DNA from: Candidatus Syntropharchaeum caldarium
Lineage (GTDB): Archaea; Halobacteriota; Syntropharchaeia; Syntropharchaeales; Syntropharchaeaceae
Assembly: GCA_001766815.1 (NCBI GenBank)
Contig: LYOS01000001.1
Span: forward strand, 180,001-212,000
DNA length: 32,000 bases
Reading direction: 5' to 3'
The first letter of the stretch is position 1. Every line of letters starts with the position of its first letter. Position numbers and translations under genes: made by a program. Shown in pieces: positions 1 through 7,131 of the stretch. The notes under the pieces were generated by a model. It worked only from the letters and a program-made list of their open reading frames with translations. It had not been told where the DNA came from and did not search any database.

Positions 1-200
1 TGTCGGGCCGCAACAAAAGCATCCCCACCGTTGTTTCCTCTACCAGCGATGATCACGATTTTACCGCGCTCAAATCTTGATCTTATCGCGTGGGCAATTG
101 AAGCTCCTGCGTTCTCCATCAATTGAAGTGTTGAAAGTCCGTGATATGCAGCGTTCCTATCAATCCTTTTCATATCAAGCGGTCTCATTGGTGATCTCAT
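1..200 (-). CDS. nnr: NAD(P)H-hydrate epimerase / YjeF N-terminal domain protein, 5' fragment running off the left window edge
   Basis: My own minus-strand translation from the ATG at 200 gives MRSPMRPLDMKRIDRNAAYHGLSTLQLMENAGASIAHAIRSRFERGKIVIIAGRGNNGGDAFVAAR. The GRGNNGGD loop is the YjeF_N signature. The frame stays open to position 1. It is absent from the ORF track because it has no stop codon in the window. Confidence 0.7.
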   Translation of the reverse strand, partial: MRSPMRPLDMKRIDRNAAYHGLSTLQLMENAGASIAHAIRSRFERGKIVIIAGRGNNGGDAFVAAR

Positions 201-294
201 CTGAATCCCTCGGCAAAGATATGAGTTTATAATTTATATCGTTATAAGCGATTTAAGATAAAGATGTCGAGGGTACCATGACGCCCTGCTTGAT

Positions 295-675
295 TTACAG
301 AAGCTTCAATTTACCTGTGATCTTATCAAGAATCTCCTGTTTATCGGGACCAAGTCCAAGTGCCGTAACTGTGCCAGGTGGAATCTCTGTTAAACCTGCA
401 TCCACGACAAGTGCCGAGGCAACCCCAAGCTTATCTGCCTGCTCCTTCAGTAAATAAAGCTCTTTTACGCCAGGCACAGCAAGCGCAACTTTTTTCTGCC
501 CCTCTTGCATCCATTTCTTTCTTAAAGACTTTGGTGCACGCTCATAAGCAAGTATCGAAGCATGTGATGCCTGAACGGCAGTTTTACCCTTTGAGAGCTT
601 GAGATCGGTGCGTATAACGAGGCACTGCTTGTAGTCAAAAGACCTTTTATCCCTGAATCTTTCGAAAAACGTCAT
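295..675 (-). CDS. pth2: peptidyl-tRNA hydrolase, archaeal/eukaryotic type (Pth2)
   Basis: 126-aa ORF. The segments CLVIRTDLKLSKGKTAVQASHAS and VVDAGLTEIPPGTVTALGLGP fit the Pth2 family. It starts 4 nt after the upstream IMPase-family gene. Confidence 0.85.
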   Translation of the reverse strand: MTFFERFRDKRSFDYKQCLVIRTDLKLSKGKTAVQASHASILAYERAPKSLRKKWMQEGQKKVALAVPGVKELYLLKEQADKLGVASALVVDAGLTEIPPGTVTALGLGPDKQEILDKITGKLKLL

Positions 676-679
676 CGTT

Positions 680-1507
680 TTACCCTTTGAGAATCCTCAA
701 TATTTGATCATGAGTCTCCTCATCGCGTGCACCGACAAAAGATATCCCTTTGACATCAGCAAGCGCACGGATTGGCTCACCTGCTGTATCTGTCAGGATC
801 CCGCCGGCTTCTTTCAGTATGAGCGATGACGCCATGATGTCATATCCATTCATGACATCACGCACCTCGATGATCCCGTCGAGCGCTCCCTGAGCGAGAA
901 GACACATCTCGATCGCTATGCTCCCGAGTACCCGTATGATATTTCGTCCCCCAAACTCTAAAATCCCGTGGGGAAGCTGGTTTACCCCATAGCTGTAGAT
1001 GCAAAAGATCTGCTTTTTCCTTCGATCACGCTCGATATGCCCAACATCGATCTTCTTATCATCCAGAAACGCACCCTCTCCCCGCACAGCATGATACGTC
1101 CGCCCGTATGCAGTTTTTACAATCCCGATCGTGATATCATCAAACCCAACATCTTTGACCTTTGGTGCATAGGCGATCGATGTGCAGAAGAAAGGAATCC
1201 CACGAGATGCATTTGTAGAGCCATCAACAGGATCGAACACAAGCGTAAATGCTGGATCTTCTCCTGACGGAATAACTCTATCTCCAAGTTCTTCAGAGAT
1301 TATCCGCGCAGAAAGATCATGTTCAAGCAGATAAGCCTCAAGCGTATCCTCTGCGACCATATCGAGCTTTCTTGTAACGTCTCGACTCTTCTCCATAACG
1401 ATCTTATCGAAATCATCCGAGTGCAGAATACAATCAGTAACATTTGAAATGACCGCATCTGCAAGTTTGAGGAGGATTTCACGCATCTCACCTGCTGGTT
1501 TCATCAT
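680..1507 (-). CDS. suhB: inositol monophosphatase / fructose-1,6-bisphosphatase family protein
   Basis: 275 aa. It carries the IMPase-family motifs ISEELG, DPVDGSTNA and EAGGILTD. Its start overlaps the elp3 stop as ATGA. Confidence 0.85.
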   Translation of the reverse strand: MMKPAGEMREILLKLADAVISNVTDCILHSDDFDKIVMEKSRDVTRKLDMVAEDTLEAYLLEHDLSARIISEELGDRVIPSGEDPAFTLVFDPVDGSTNASRGIPFFCTSIAYAPKVKDVGFDDITIGIVKTAYGRTYHAVRGEGAFLDDKKIDVGHIERDRRKKQIFCIYSYGVNQLPHGILEFGGRNIIRVLGSIAIEMCLLAQGALDGIIEVRDVMNGYDIMASSLILKEAGGILTDTAGEPIRALADVKGISFVGARDEETHDQILRILKG

Positions 1508-3138
1508 TGAATCTCCTTAATCATAAAAGCGCCCCGTGTCTCATAACCTTTTCTTTTATAATATCCCCTGACTCCTATACCGCTCATCACAGCAATCCTT
1601 GAGAATCCGTGATCCGAAGCCACCTGTTCTGCTTTGGCAAGGAGCCACTCACCATAACCTCTGTGCTGCCATCCAGCCACCCCGGTATTCTCAAATGGTG
1701 CGATTGGACCATATACATGGAGTTCTCGGATGAGTGCTGCCCCATCAAGTTCGTTCATAAAAGGATCTTCAGGGAATCGCAGGCGCAGGAACGCAACAAG
1801 CGCATCATCCGCTACGGCATCGATCGATATGAAATTCTCAACTCCACCTGCACACGCATACTGTTCGATCTTGAGTGCAAGATCTCCTGTTTCAAATGCC
1901 ACCTCTTCGAGCATACGGTGACCGACCTCTCTGCAGCGGATACATCTGCATCGTTTCCCAGCTTTTTCCATCAGATTTCTTGCGATCTGCCTCAGGTTGC
2001 TCTTTTTAACCCCTGCAAGTATCTTATCTGCTGGAATATCCCGTTGCACCCTCTGTAGTCTCGTCCATGGTGGAATCATCGGTTTAATCCTTGAAATAAG
2101 TTCTGCTGCGGATTCAGTCGTCAGTGGCTGGTATTCACCCTTTTCCCAGAGTTTTGCAATCTCTGAACCCTCAACAACCAGCGTGGGGTATATCTTCAGA
2201 TAATCGGGCATGAAGTCAGGATTGCTGAAGATCTCATCGAAAGATGCAAAATCAAGTTCCGGGTCAGATCCAGGAAGTCCGGGCATCATGTGAAAACCCA
2301 CTTTGAGCGCCGAGTCCCTGAGGAGCCTGTTTGCCTCGATAACATCCTCACGGGTGTGTCCGCGATTTATGCGCCTGAGTATATCATTATCTGTATGCTG
2401 AACCCCGAGTTCAACCTTTGTTACACCCAGATCGAGCATGCGTTCAATATGTGACTTGCTGCACTGATCAGGCCTCGTCTCGAATGTGATCCCTGTGTTT
2501 CGCACTCTTGCAGTCTCATTGATCCTCTGGACATCCTTCCAGTCATTCGCTGGGCTCTTGTTTGGATATGGGGCACCAAAATCATTCATAGCCTCTATCG
2601 AGCGCTTCACAAACCACTGCTGGTAATCAGGCGAGCGGGAGGTGATCGTACCGCCCATGATAATAAGCTCCACCTTATCAACCTCGTGCCCGATCTCACT
2701 CAACTGGTTCAATCTTGCCTCAACCTGTTTGTAGGGATCAAAATCATGCTGCAACCCCCTCATAGCGGCAGGCTCATGACCTGTGTAACTCTGTGGGGAT
2801 TCAAACACAGAATCAGGACCACCAGGACACACAAGACACTTACCATGCGGACATGGATAAGGGGACGTCATGGCCGCGACAACAGCAACACCAGAGATTG
2901 TCCTTACTTTTTTTCGTCTTAAAAGATCGAGAAAAACGGGTTTAAGCGGTAATCCTTCGATTTTAATCAGCTCTTTAAGTATATCAGAGTTTTTTGGAAG
3001 TGTATTTAGATGGTGCTCTGATCCAACCTCTTTTTTCATTCGATTGAGATCTATGGGCTTCATTTCCTTCTCATTGATAGATCTCGATACCGCTCTTGCA
3101 AGCGTTTCACATGCGTTCTGATAGCTGGAGTGACTCAT
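1504..3138 (-). CDS. elp3: Elp3-type radical SAM / GNAT protein (tRNA uridine carboxymethyl-modification enzyme homolog)
   Basis: 544 aa. It has a radical-SAM Cys motif (CPHGKCLVCPGG) followed by a TIM-barrel-like region, and a C-terminal acetyltransferase-like segment (GWQHRGYGEWLL). Confidence 0.9.
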   Translation of the reverse strand: MSHSSYQNACETLARAVSRSINEKEMKPIDLNRMKKEVGSEHHLNTLPKNSDILKELIKIEGLPLKPVFLDLLRRKKVRTISGVAVVAAMTSPYPCPHGKCLVCPGGPDSVFESPQSYTGHEPAAMRGLQHDFDPYKQVEARLNQLSEIGHEVDKVELIIMGGTITSRSPDYQQWFVKRSIEAMNDFGAPYPNKSPANDWKDVQRINETARVRNTGITFETRPDQCSKSHIERMLDLGVTKVELGVQHTDNDILRRINRGHTREDVIEANRLLRDSALKVGFHMMPGLPGSDPELDFASFDEIFSNPDFMPDYLKIYPTLVVEGSEIAKLWEKGEYQPLTTESAAELISRIKPMIPPWTRLQRVQRDIPADKILAGVKKSNLRQIARNLMEKAGKRCRCIRCREVGHRMLEEVAFETGDLALKIEQYACAGGVENFISIDAVADDALVAFLRLRFPEDPFMNELDGAALIRELHVYGPIAPFENTGVAGWQHRGYGEWLLAKAEQVASDHGFSRIAVMSGIGVRGYYKRKGYETRGAFMIKEIQ

Positions 3139-3156
3139 ATCTGTTGAGCGTTACAG

Positions 3157-3170
3157 TTTTATAATATAAA
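3157..3170. promoter_or_regulatory. TATA-like element (ttttataatataaa) in the divergent elp3 / zinc-ribbon intergenic region
   Basis: It is an AT-rich box 19-32 nt from elp3 ATG (3138) and 30-43 nt from ATG 3200. It could serve either or both directions. Confidence 0.45.
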
Positions 3171-3199
3171 TGAGTTATTATCTACTCACTGGGTGTATT

Positions 3200-3664
3200 A
3201 TGGCATTACACGGTAGAAGAAGGCTTAAAAGGCAAATAGATTGTCCAAGGTGTTTTGTTGAGCTTGAAGGGGAAGAGATCGAAGTCATTGGACCAAATGT
3301 AATAATCGATCGATGCAGGGCGTGTGGTGGCATCTGGCTTGATAAGGGCGAGCTTAACCGACTTCTCAGAAACCGGCAGCTTTCAGACTATCTGACAAAA
3401 GAGATCGGCACACAGTCAAAGAGTGAACTTGTGTGCCCCAGCTGTGGAGGCTTAATGGATATCGAGGTGGCTGATGAGATCGAGATCGATGTCTGCCTCT
3501 CGTGTGGAGGTGTCTGGCTCGATGCTGGTGAGCTTGATAAACTCAAAAACCTGCCAGCAGACTTCAAGGGCGATGAACTTGCAAAAGCAGAGGAACGTTG
3601 GGAGGAAATGACCAGAAAAGAGCGGAGATCTGCATTAGCCAGGCTTTTAAGGAAGCTGCGCTGA
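3200..3664 (+). CDS. tandem zinc-ribbon protein (zf-TFIIB-like CxxC...CxxCxGxWLDxGEL repeats) with charged C-terminal helix
   Basis: It contains two internal repeats: CPRC..CRACGGIWLDKGELNRL and CPSC..CLSCGGVWLDAGELDKL. I place the start at ATG 3200 because the track start at 3170 lies immediately after the TATA-like box. Confidence 0.6.
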   Translation: MALHGRRRLKRQIDCPRCFVELEGEEIEVIGPNVIIDRCRACGGIWLDKGELNRLLRNRQLSDYLTKEIGTQSKSELVCPSCGGLMDIEVADEIEIDVCLSCGGVWLDAGELDKLKNLPADFKGDELAKAEERWEEMTRKERRSALARLLRKLR

Positions 3665-3690
3665 GAAAACCGCCCGGAGTAGCTTCTGGA

Positions 3691-3702
3691 AAAGTATAAA
3701 TA
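3691..3702 (+). promoter_or_regulatory. TATA-like box (aaagtataaata) for the Yip1-like gene
   Basis: It is located 22-33 nt upstream of ATG 3724, which is consistent with a leaderless or very short-leader transcript. Confidence 0.45.
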
Positions 3703-3723
3703 CACAGTGACCAATTGGCTCAC

Positions 3724-4356
3724 ATGAATCCGTTGATCGACCCCGATGAATTTTTCGGTGAAAAGATGAAGAGGGGTATCGAATGGAGATATCCAGCGCT
3801 TACAGTGCTTCTTGTGGGGATAATCGGTGCCGTGAGTGCTTATATCGTTGCAGAGCTTGTGATCAGGGCGATAATGCCTGAGCTACCACCAGATGCAACC
3901 GCTATTGCCCGTATTGCTCCTATTTTTGGCGCAGCAGTTGCAGTTTTCATGGCGTTCTTCATGTGGTTTATCTATACAGCAGTATTCTATGTGCTCTCAT
4001 CGTTCTTTGGCGGGGAGGGGGAGTTCAAACGACTTCTGCAGTTCACTGGATATGGTTTCATCCCCCAGATCTTTAGCTCGCTCATCACGCTGTTTCTGCT
4101 CCGTTATACGCTAAGTGGGATTGATTTCTCGATTGAAAACCCCGAACTCTTCCAGCAAACCCTGATGTCAGATCCGATGATGAAATATGCAGCGATTGTT
4201 AGTATGATTTTCCTGATATGGAGTGCCAACATCTGGATGTTTGCGGTTAAGCATGCACGGAAGATGGAGATGAAACAGGCGGCTCTCACCGTTGGTATCC
4301 CAATTGGACTGTATGTTCTCTATCAGATTGTGAGTTTTATCTTCCTGGTGGAGTGA
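3724..4356 (+). CDS. Yip1-domain-like polytopic membrane protein
   Basis: It has about five hydrophobic segments after an acidic N-terminus (NPLIDPDEFF), an architecture typical of archaeal YIP1-family proteins. The track start at 3715 is TTG. ATG 3724 sits about 25 nt downstream of a TATA-like box, which suggests a leaderless mRNA. Confidence 0.5.
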   Translation: MNPLIDPDEFFGEKMKRGIEWRYPALTVLLVGIIGAVSAYIVAELVIRAIMPELPPDATAIARIAPIFGAAVAVFMAFFMWFIYTAVFYVLSSFFGGEGEFKRLLQFTGYGFIPQIFSSLITLFLLRYTLSGIDFSIENPELFQQTLMSDPMMKYAAIVSMIFLIWSANIWMFAVKHARKMEMKQAALTVGIPIGLYVLYQIVSFIFLVE

Positions 4357-4428
4357 AAAGGTATGAACCATCATCTGCTTTTAATTTCCATTATTCTCCT
4401 ATCAGCTGAGTAAAGGAGTGTGAATAAA

Positions 4429-4752
4429 ATGACCCAGAACGATTTTGTTGTGATCCTCTCCACATCTCCCTGTGATGAGGCAGAGCGAATCGCAGAAAGG
4501 CTTGTTGATGAACACCTTGCAGCATGTGTCAACATCACTGAGGTGAGGTCGATCTTCCACTGGGAAGGTGAGCTATGCAATGAGAAGGAGAGTCTGATGG
4601 TGATTAAAACTAAAAGAGCGATGGTAGAAACGGTAATCAGTCGTATAAAGGAGATACATCCGTATGAAATCCCTGAAATCATCGTACTTCCAATAACTGG
4701 TGGATATGACGCATATCTATCGTGGATAAGCAATGAAGTGGATGGTGCATGA
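4429..4752 (+). CDS. cutA: divalent-cation tolerance protein CutA
   Basis: The segments AACVNI, FHWEGE and HPYEIPEI are CutA1 hallmarks. AGGAG lies about 10 nt upstream of ATG 4429. The track start at 4420 is a GTG placed too close to that Shine-Dalgarno motif. Confidence 0.85.
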   Translation: MTQNDFVVILSTSPCDEAERIAERLVDEHLAACVNITEVRSIFHWEGELCNEKESLMVIKTKRAMVETVISRIKEIHPYEIPEIIVLPITGGYDAYLSWISNEVDGA

Positions 4753-4779
4753 GGAAGACTGGTTACCTGCTATTTCGGT

Positions 4780-5133
4780 TCATATCGTACACATATTGCA
4801 ATTATCAGGCACAGTCTCCATCTCTCGGTGAATATCACAGAGCACACCACTCTTTCTGACTATCCGGCAGATATCGCATATTCCTGTAAGAAGATCAAAA
4901 TCACCTGCTATGATACTATCTCCAAGTTCGCGGATTGCATTCATTGCTTCTTCGCCAAGTTCTGTACTGCTTCCCCTTTTCTTGCTCAAATACTGTGAAA
5001 CCGCAGCCTGTGTTATCCCAAGCTTTGCAGCAACCTCTTTCTGTGAGACACCACTTTCTATGAGGGTGGATGCAAGTCCAGCGCGAATCGAGGGGAGTAT
5101 ATACCAGACGATCAGTTCACATGGCGCTTTCAT
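4780..5133 (-). CDS. small HTH transcriptional regulator with C-terminal Cys cluster
   Basis: It has an XRE-like helix-turn-helix (SQKEVAAKLGITQAAVSQYLS) followed by CDICRIV..LCDIH..DNCNMC. The track start at 5145 is TTG, so I prefer ATG 5133. Confidence 0.5.
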   Translation of the reverse strand: MKAPCELIVWYILPSIRAGLASTLIESGVSQKEVAAKLGITQAAVSQYLSKKRGSSTELGEEAMNAIRELGDSIIAGDFDLLTGICDICRIVRKSGVLCDIHREMETVPDNCNMCTI

Positions 5134-5147
5134 ATTGTACCACAACC

Positions 5148-5161
5148 TTAACCATAGTTAA
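5148..5161. promoter_or_regulatory. inverted repeat ttaac-N4-gttaa in the divergent HTH-regulator / DGC-protein intergenic region
   Basis: The 5-4-5 inverted repeat was read directly. It lies between a minus-strand TATA-like box (about 5178-5189) and the regulator's start codon. Confidence 0.3.
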
Positions 5162-5245
5162 ACTTAAACAGGTGTGTGTATATATAACTTTCCAGGAGCT
5201 ACGGCATTTATATAGCTCGTAATTACTGAAATGGAGGATGTTACA

Positions 5246-5668
5246 ATGGGTGAACGATACTTAAGAGGAAAGAAACCGATTTGTCTCTTTCCATGCTCGG
5301 GTTTTACCATCCCTGGAGAAGCGGTGAGGAGGGCATCTGCCATCATCTCAGAGGAAGTTTTTCCTGATATCTGTGATACACTTGGGATTGTTGAGCTGAC
5401 AAGGGCATTTATCGATGGAAATACCGCTGGTTTTAAGAAGAAGCTGAGCAAGCAGAAGGTTGTAACGATAGACGGATGCCAGTACAGTTGTGCAAAGGAG
5501 TTCATCAAGCGATTCTTGAGGATAGAACCAGAAAGAGAGATTATCTTTCGTTTGACTGATAGAGAAGACGTGGCAGATAAGATGACATTCACAAAAGATG
5601 AAGACATCGAGAAGGCGATACGTCTTATCAAAGAGGTGGTGGAAGAGCTACATCCTGCAACTCAATGA
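5246..5668 (+). CDS. DGC-domain putative zinc-binding protein
   Basis: It has an N-terminal CLFPCSG motif and the TIDGCQYSC (DGC) motif. The start is either ATG 5231 or ATG 5246. A TATA-like box at 5208-5215 favours 5246. Confidence 0.55.
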   Translation: MGERYLRGKKPICLFPCSGFTIPGEAVRRASAIISEEVFPDICDTLGIVELTRAFIDGNTAGFKKKLSKQKVVTIDGCQYSCAKEFIKRFLRIEPEREIIFRLTDREDVADKMTFTKDEDIEKAIRLIKEVVEELHPATQ

Positions 5669-6991
5669 TCAAATCGTGGAATAAACTGCTCTTTCTCGGG
5701 TGCGGTTCGCTATCCAGGTGCTGTACTTCAGTACCGCTGCATAAGCCCTGACTGGCCTTTCGAACTCATTTACATAGAAGGGGATATTAAGTTTGTTAAG
5801 GTCAGATTTTACTTTTTCAAGCACAGGCGCTTCGATCTGCCAGCAGACAACGACCAATGGTTTTTCTGGATGTCTCTGAACAATATCTCTGAATTTTTCT
5901 TGAAGGTTGAAGTATATCTCTTCCATGAGCCCAAGTACCACAAAAACACCATCCACTTCTGGATCATCCATCAAAGCTGCAAGAGCCTCCATATATCTAT
6001 TGCCCATCTCCTCTCCTGATAGTTCAATCGGAGGCCATATATCCATGGGATTGAAGGTTTTTATCCAGGGGTGTGCGATCAGCTGGAGTTGCCTCTTCGT
6101 CTCATCCGAGAGATCTGCGAGCACAAGGCCGTTTCGCTTCATGGATTCAAGTACAATAGATATGCTGCCAGAGGAAACACCCAGGACTCCAATATGGTTG
6201 CCAGTTATCTTCACGCGGCTGGAGAAAAGTTTTCCAAACTCAAACAGCTCCTGATAATTCTCAACAATGGTGACACCCTCGATCTCATTGCTCCCAGCAG
6301 GATCAAGGAATATCACGGGTTTCCTGAGAGCTGCCTCTTCAAGTGCCCTGAAAAACTCGGGCTCTCTTGGCTGAAGATAAGCAAGGATGACCTCGGTTGC
6401 GGGATCCGCTGCAAGCATCTCGAGTGCTTCGACCTCTCCAACGTCACACCCTTCTCCAAGACAGATTATCTTGTTAAACTCAATCCCGTCGTGCCTCCAC
6501 CAGCCAAGACTGCCCGAAAGACCACCGCTATGGGCAAGAAAAGAGACTCTGCCTGCCTCAAAATTTCTCACAGGGAGCACACATGCGGCAAAACGATCTT
6601 CGAGGTTTATGAGACCGACTGTACTTGGCCCAAGTATCCGTATATCTGCGTTTCGGGCAAAGCGCGTAACTTCACGTTTATCGGCAACATCAGGCGCTGT
6701 TATAATTGCATTTTTTATGCCTGCATTTTTGCATTCGCTCAAAACATCGATTACATACTTACCCGGTAAAGCGATTACAACCAGTTCAGCAGATTCTGGT
6801 AGGTCAGCAAGTGATTTGTAAGCCTTAATATCTGCTATTTTCTCTGCTTTTGGATTTACCGGATAAATTTTTCCCCTGAACCCAATATCGAGCAGGTTTT
6901 TGACGATACGATACCCAAAACTTCTGGGATTGCGGGATGCACCAACAATCGCAACACTCTCAGGGTTCATAAAAGATTTAAGTTCAGACAT
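5669..6991 (-). CDS. CoA-binding, ADP-forming acyl-CoA synthetase alpha-like protein (no phosphohistidine loop, no beta/ATP-grasp partner nearby)
   Basis: It has an N-terminal CoA-binding Rossmann segment (SVAIVGASRNP..YPVNPK), an SxSG-type motif (AHSGGLS), and a C-terminal flavodoxin-like domain (GNHIGVLGVSSGS). See the related finding for the missing His loop. Confidence 0.7.
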   Translation of the reverse strand: MSELKSFMNPESVAIVGASRNPRSFGYRIVKNLLDIGFRGKIYPVNPKAEKIADIKAYKSLADLPESAELVVIALPGKYVIDVLSECKNAGIKNAIITAPDVADKREVTRFARNADIRILGPSTVGLINLEDRFAACVLPVRNFEAGRVSFLAHSGGLSGSLGWWRHDGIEFNKIICLGEGCDVGEVEALEMLAADPATEVILAYLQPREPEFFRALEEAALRKPVIFLDPAGSNEIEGVTIVENYQELFEFGKLFSSRVKITGNHIGVLGVSSGSISIVLESMKRNGLVLADLSDETKRQLQLIAHPWIKTFNPMDIWPPIELSGEEMGNRYMEALAALMDDPEVDGVFVVLGLMEEIYFNLQEKFRDIVQRHPEKPLVVVCWQIEAPVLEKVKSDLNKLNIPFYVNEFERPVRAYAAVLKYSTWIANRTRERAVYSTI

Positions 6992-7026
6992 TTACAGCAC
7001 CAGAGATATTAACCGAATTTATCGTT

Positions 7027-7041
7027 AACGAATATTTCGTT
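7027..7041. promoter_or_regulatory. inverted repeat aacgaa-N3-ttcgtt between the TATA-like box and the start of the ACD-alpha-like gene
   Basis: The 6-3-6 inverted repeat was read directly from the sequence. It lies immediately downstream, in minus-strand sense, of the TATA-like box at 7044-7059. Confidence 0.35.
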
Positions 7042-7043
7042 TA

Positions 7044-7059
7044 CAAGTATAAATAGCTT
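7044..7059 (-). promoter_or_regulatory. TATA-like box for the ACD-alpha-like gene
   Basis: The minus strand reads aagctatttatacttg, about 55-65 nt upstream of ATG 6991. Confidence 0.4.
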
Positions 7060-7131
7060 TTGGTTTTGATCAAGGATTGCCCCCTCACAAAGTCATATTC
7101 GCGCTACAATCCAAAAACCAATCCTGAACAT

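Noticed and set aside
6071-6769. Long antisense ORFs on the opposite strand of well-supported genes: 6071-6769(+), 25785-26468(+), 14853-15461(-), 9006-9521(+), 21934-22536(+), 16016-16504(+), 5164-5631(-) and 4371-4733(-)
   Set aside because: Each lies fully inside a gene with clear family motifs on the other strand. Their translations are Ser/Pro/Arg/Cys-rich low-complexity sequences with no recognisable motifs. These are typical shadow ORFs.
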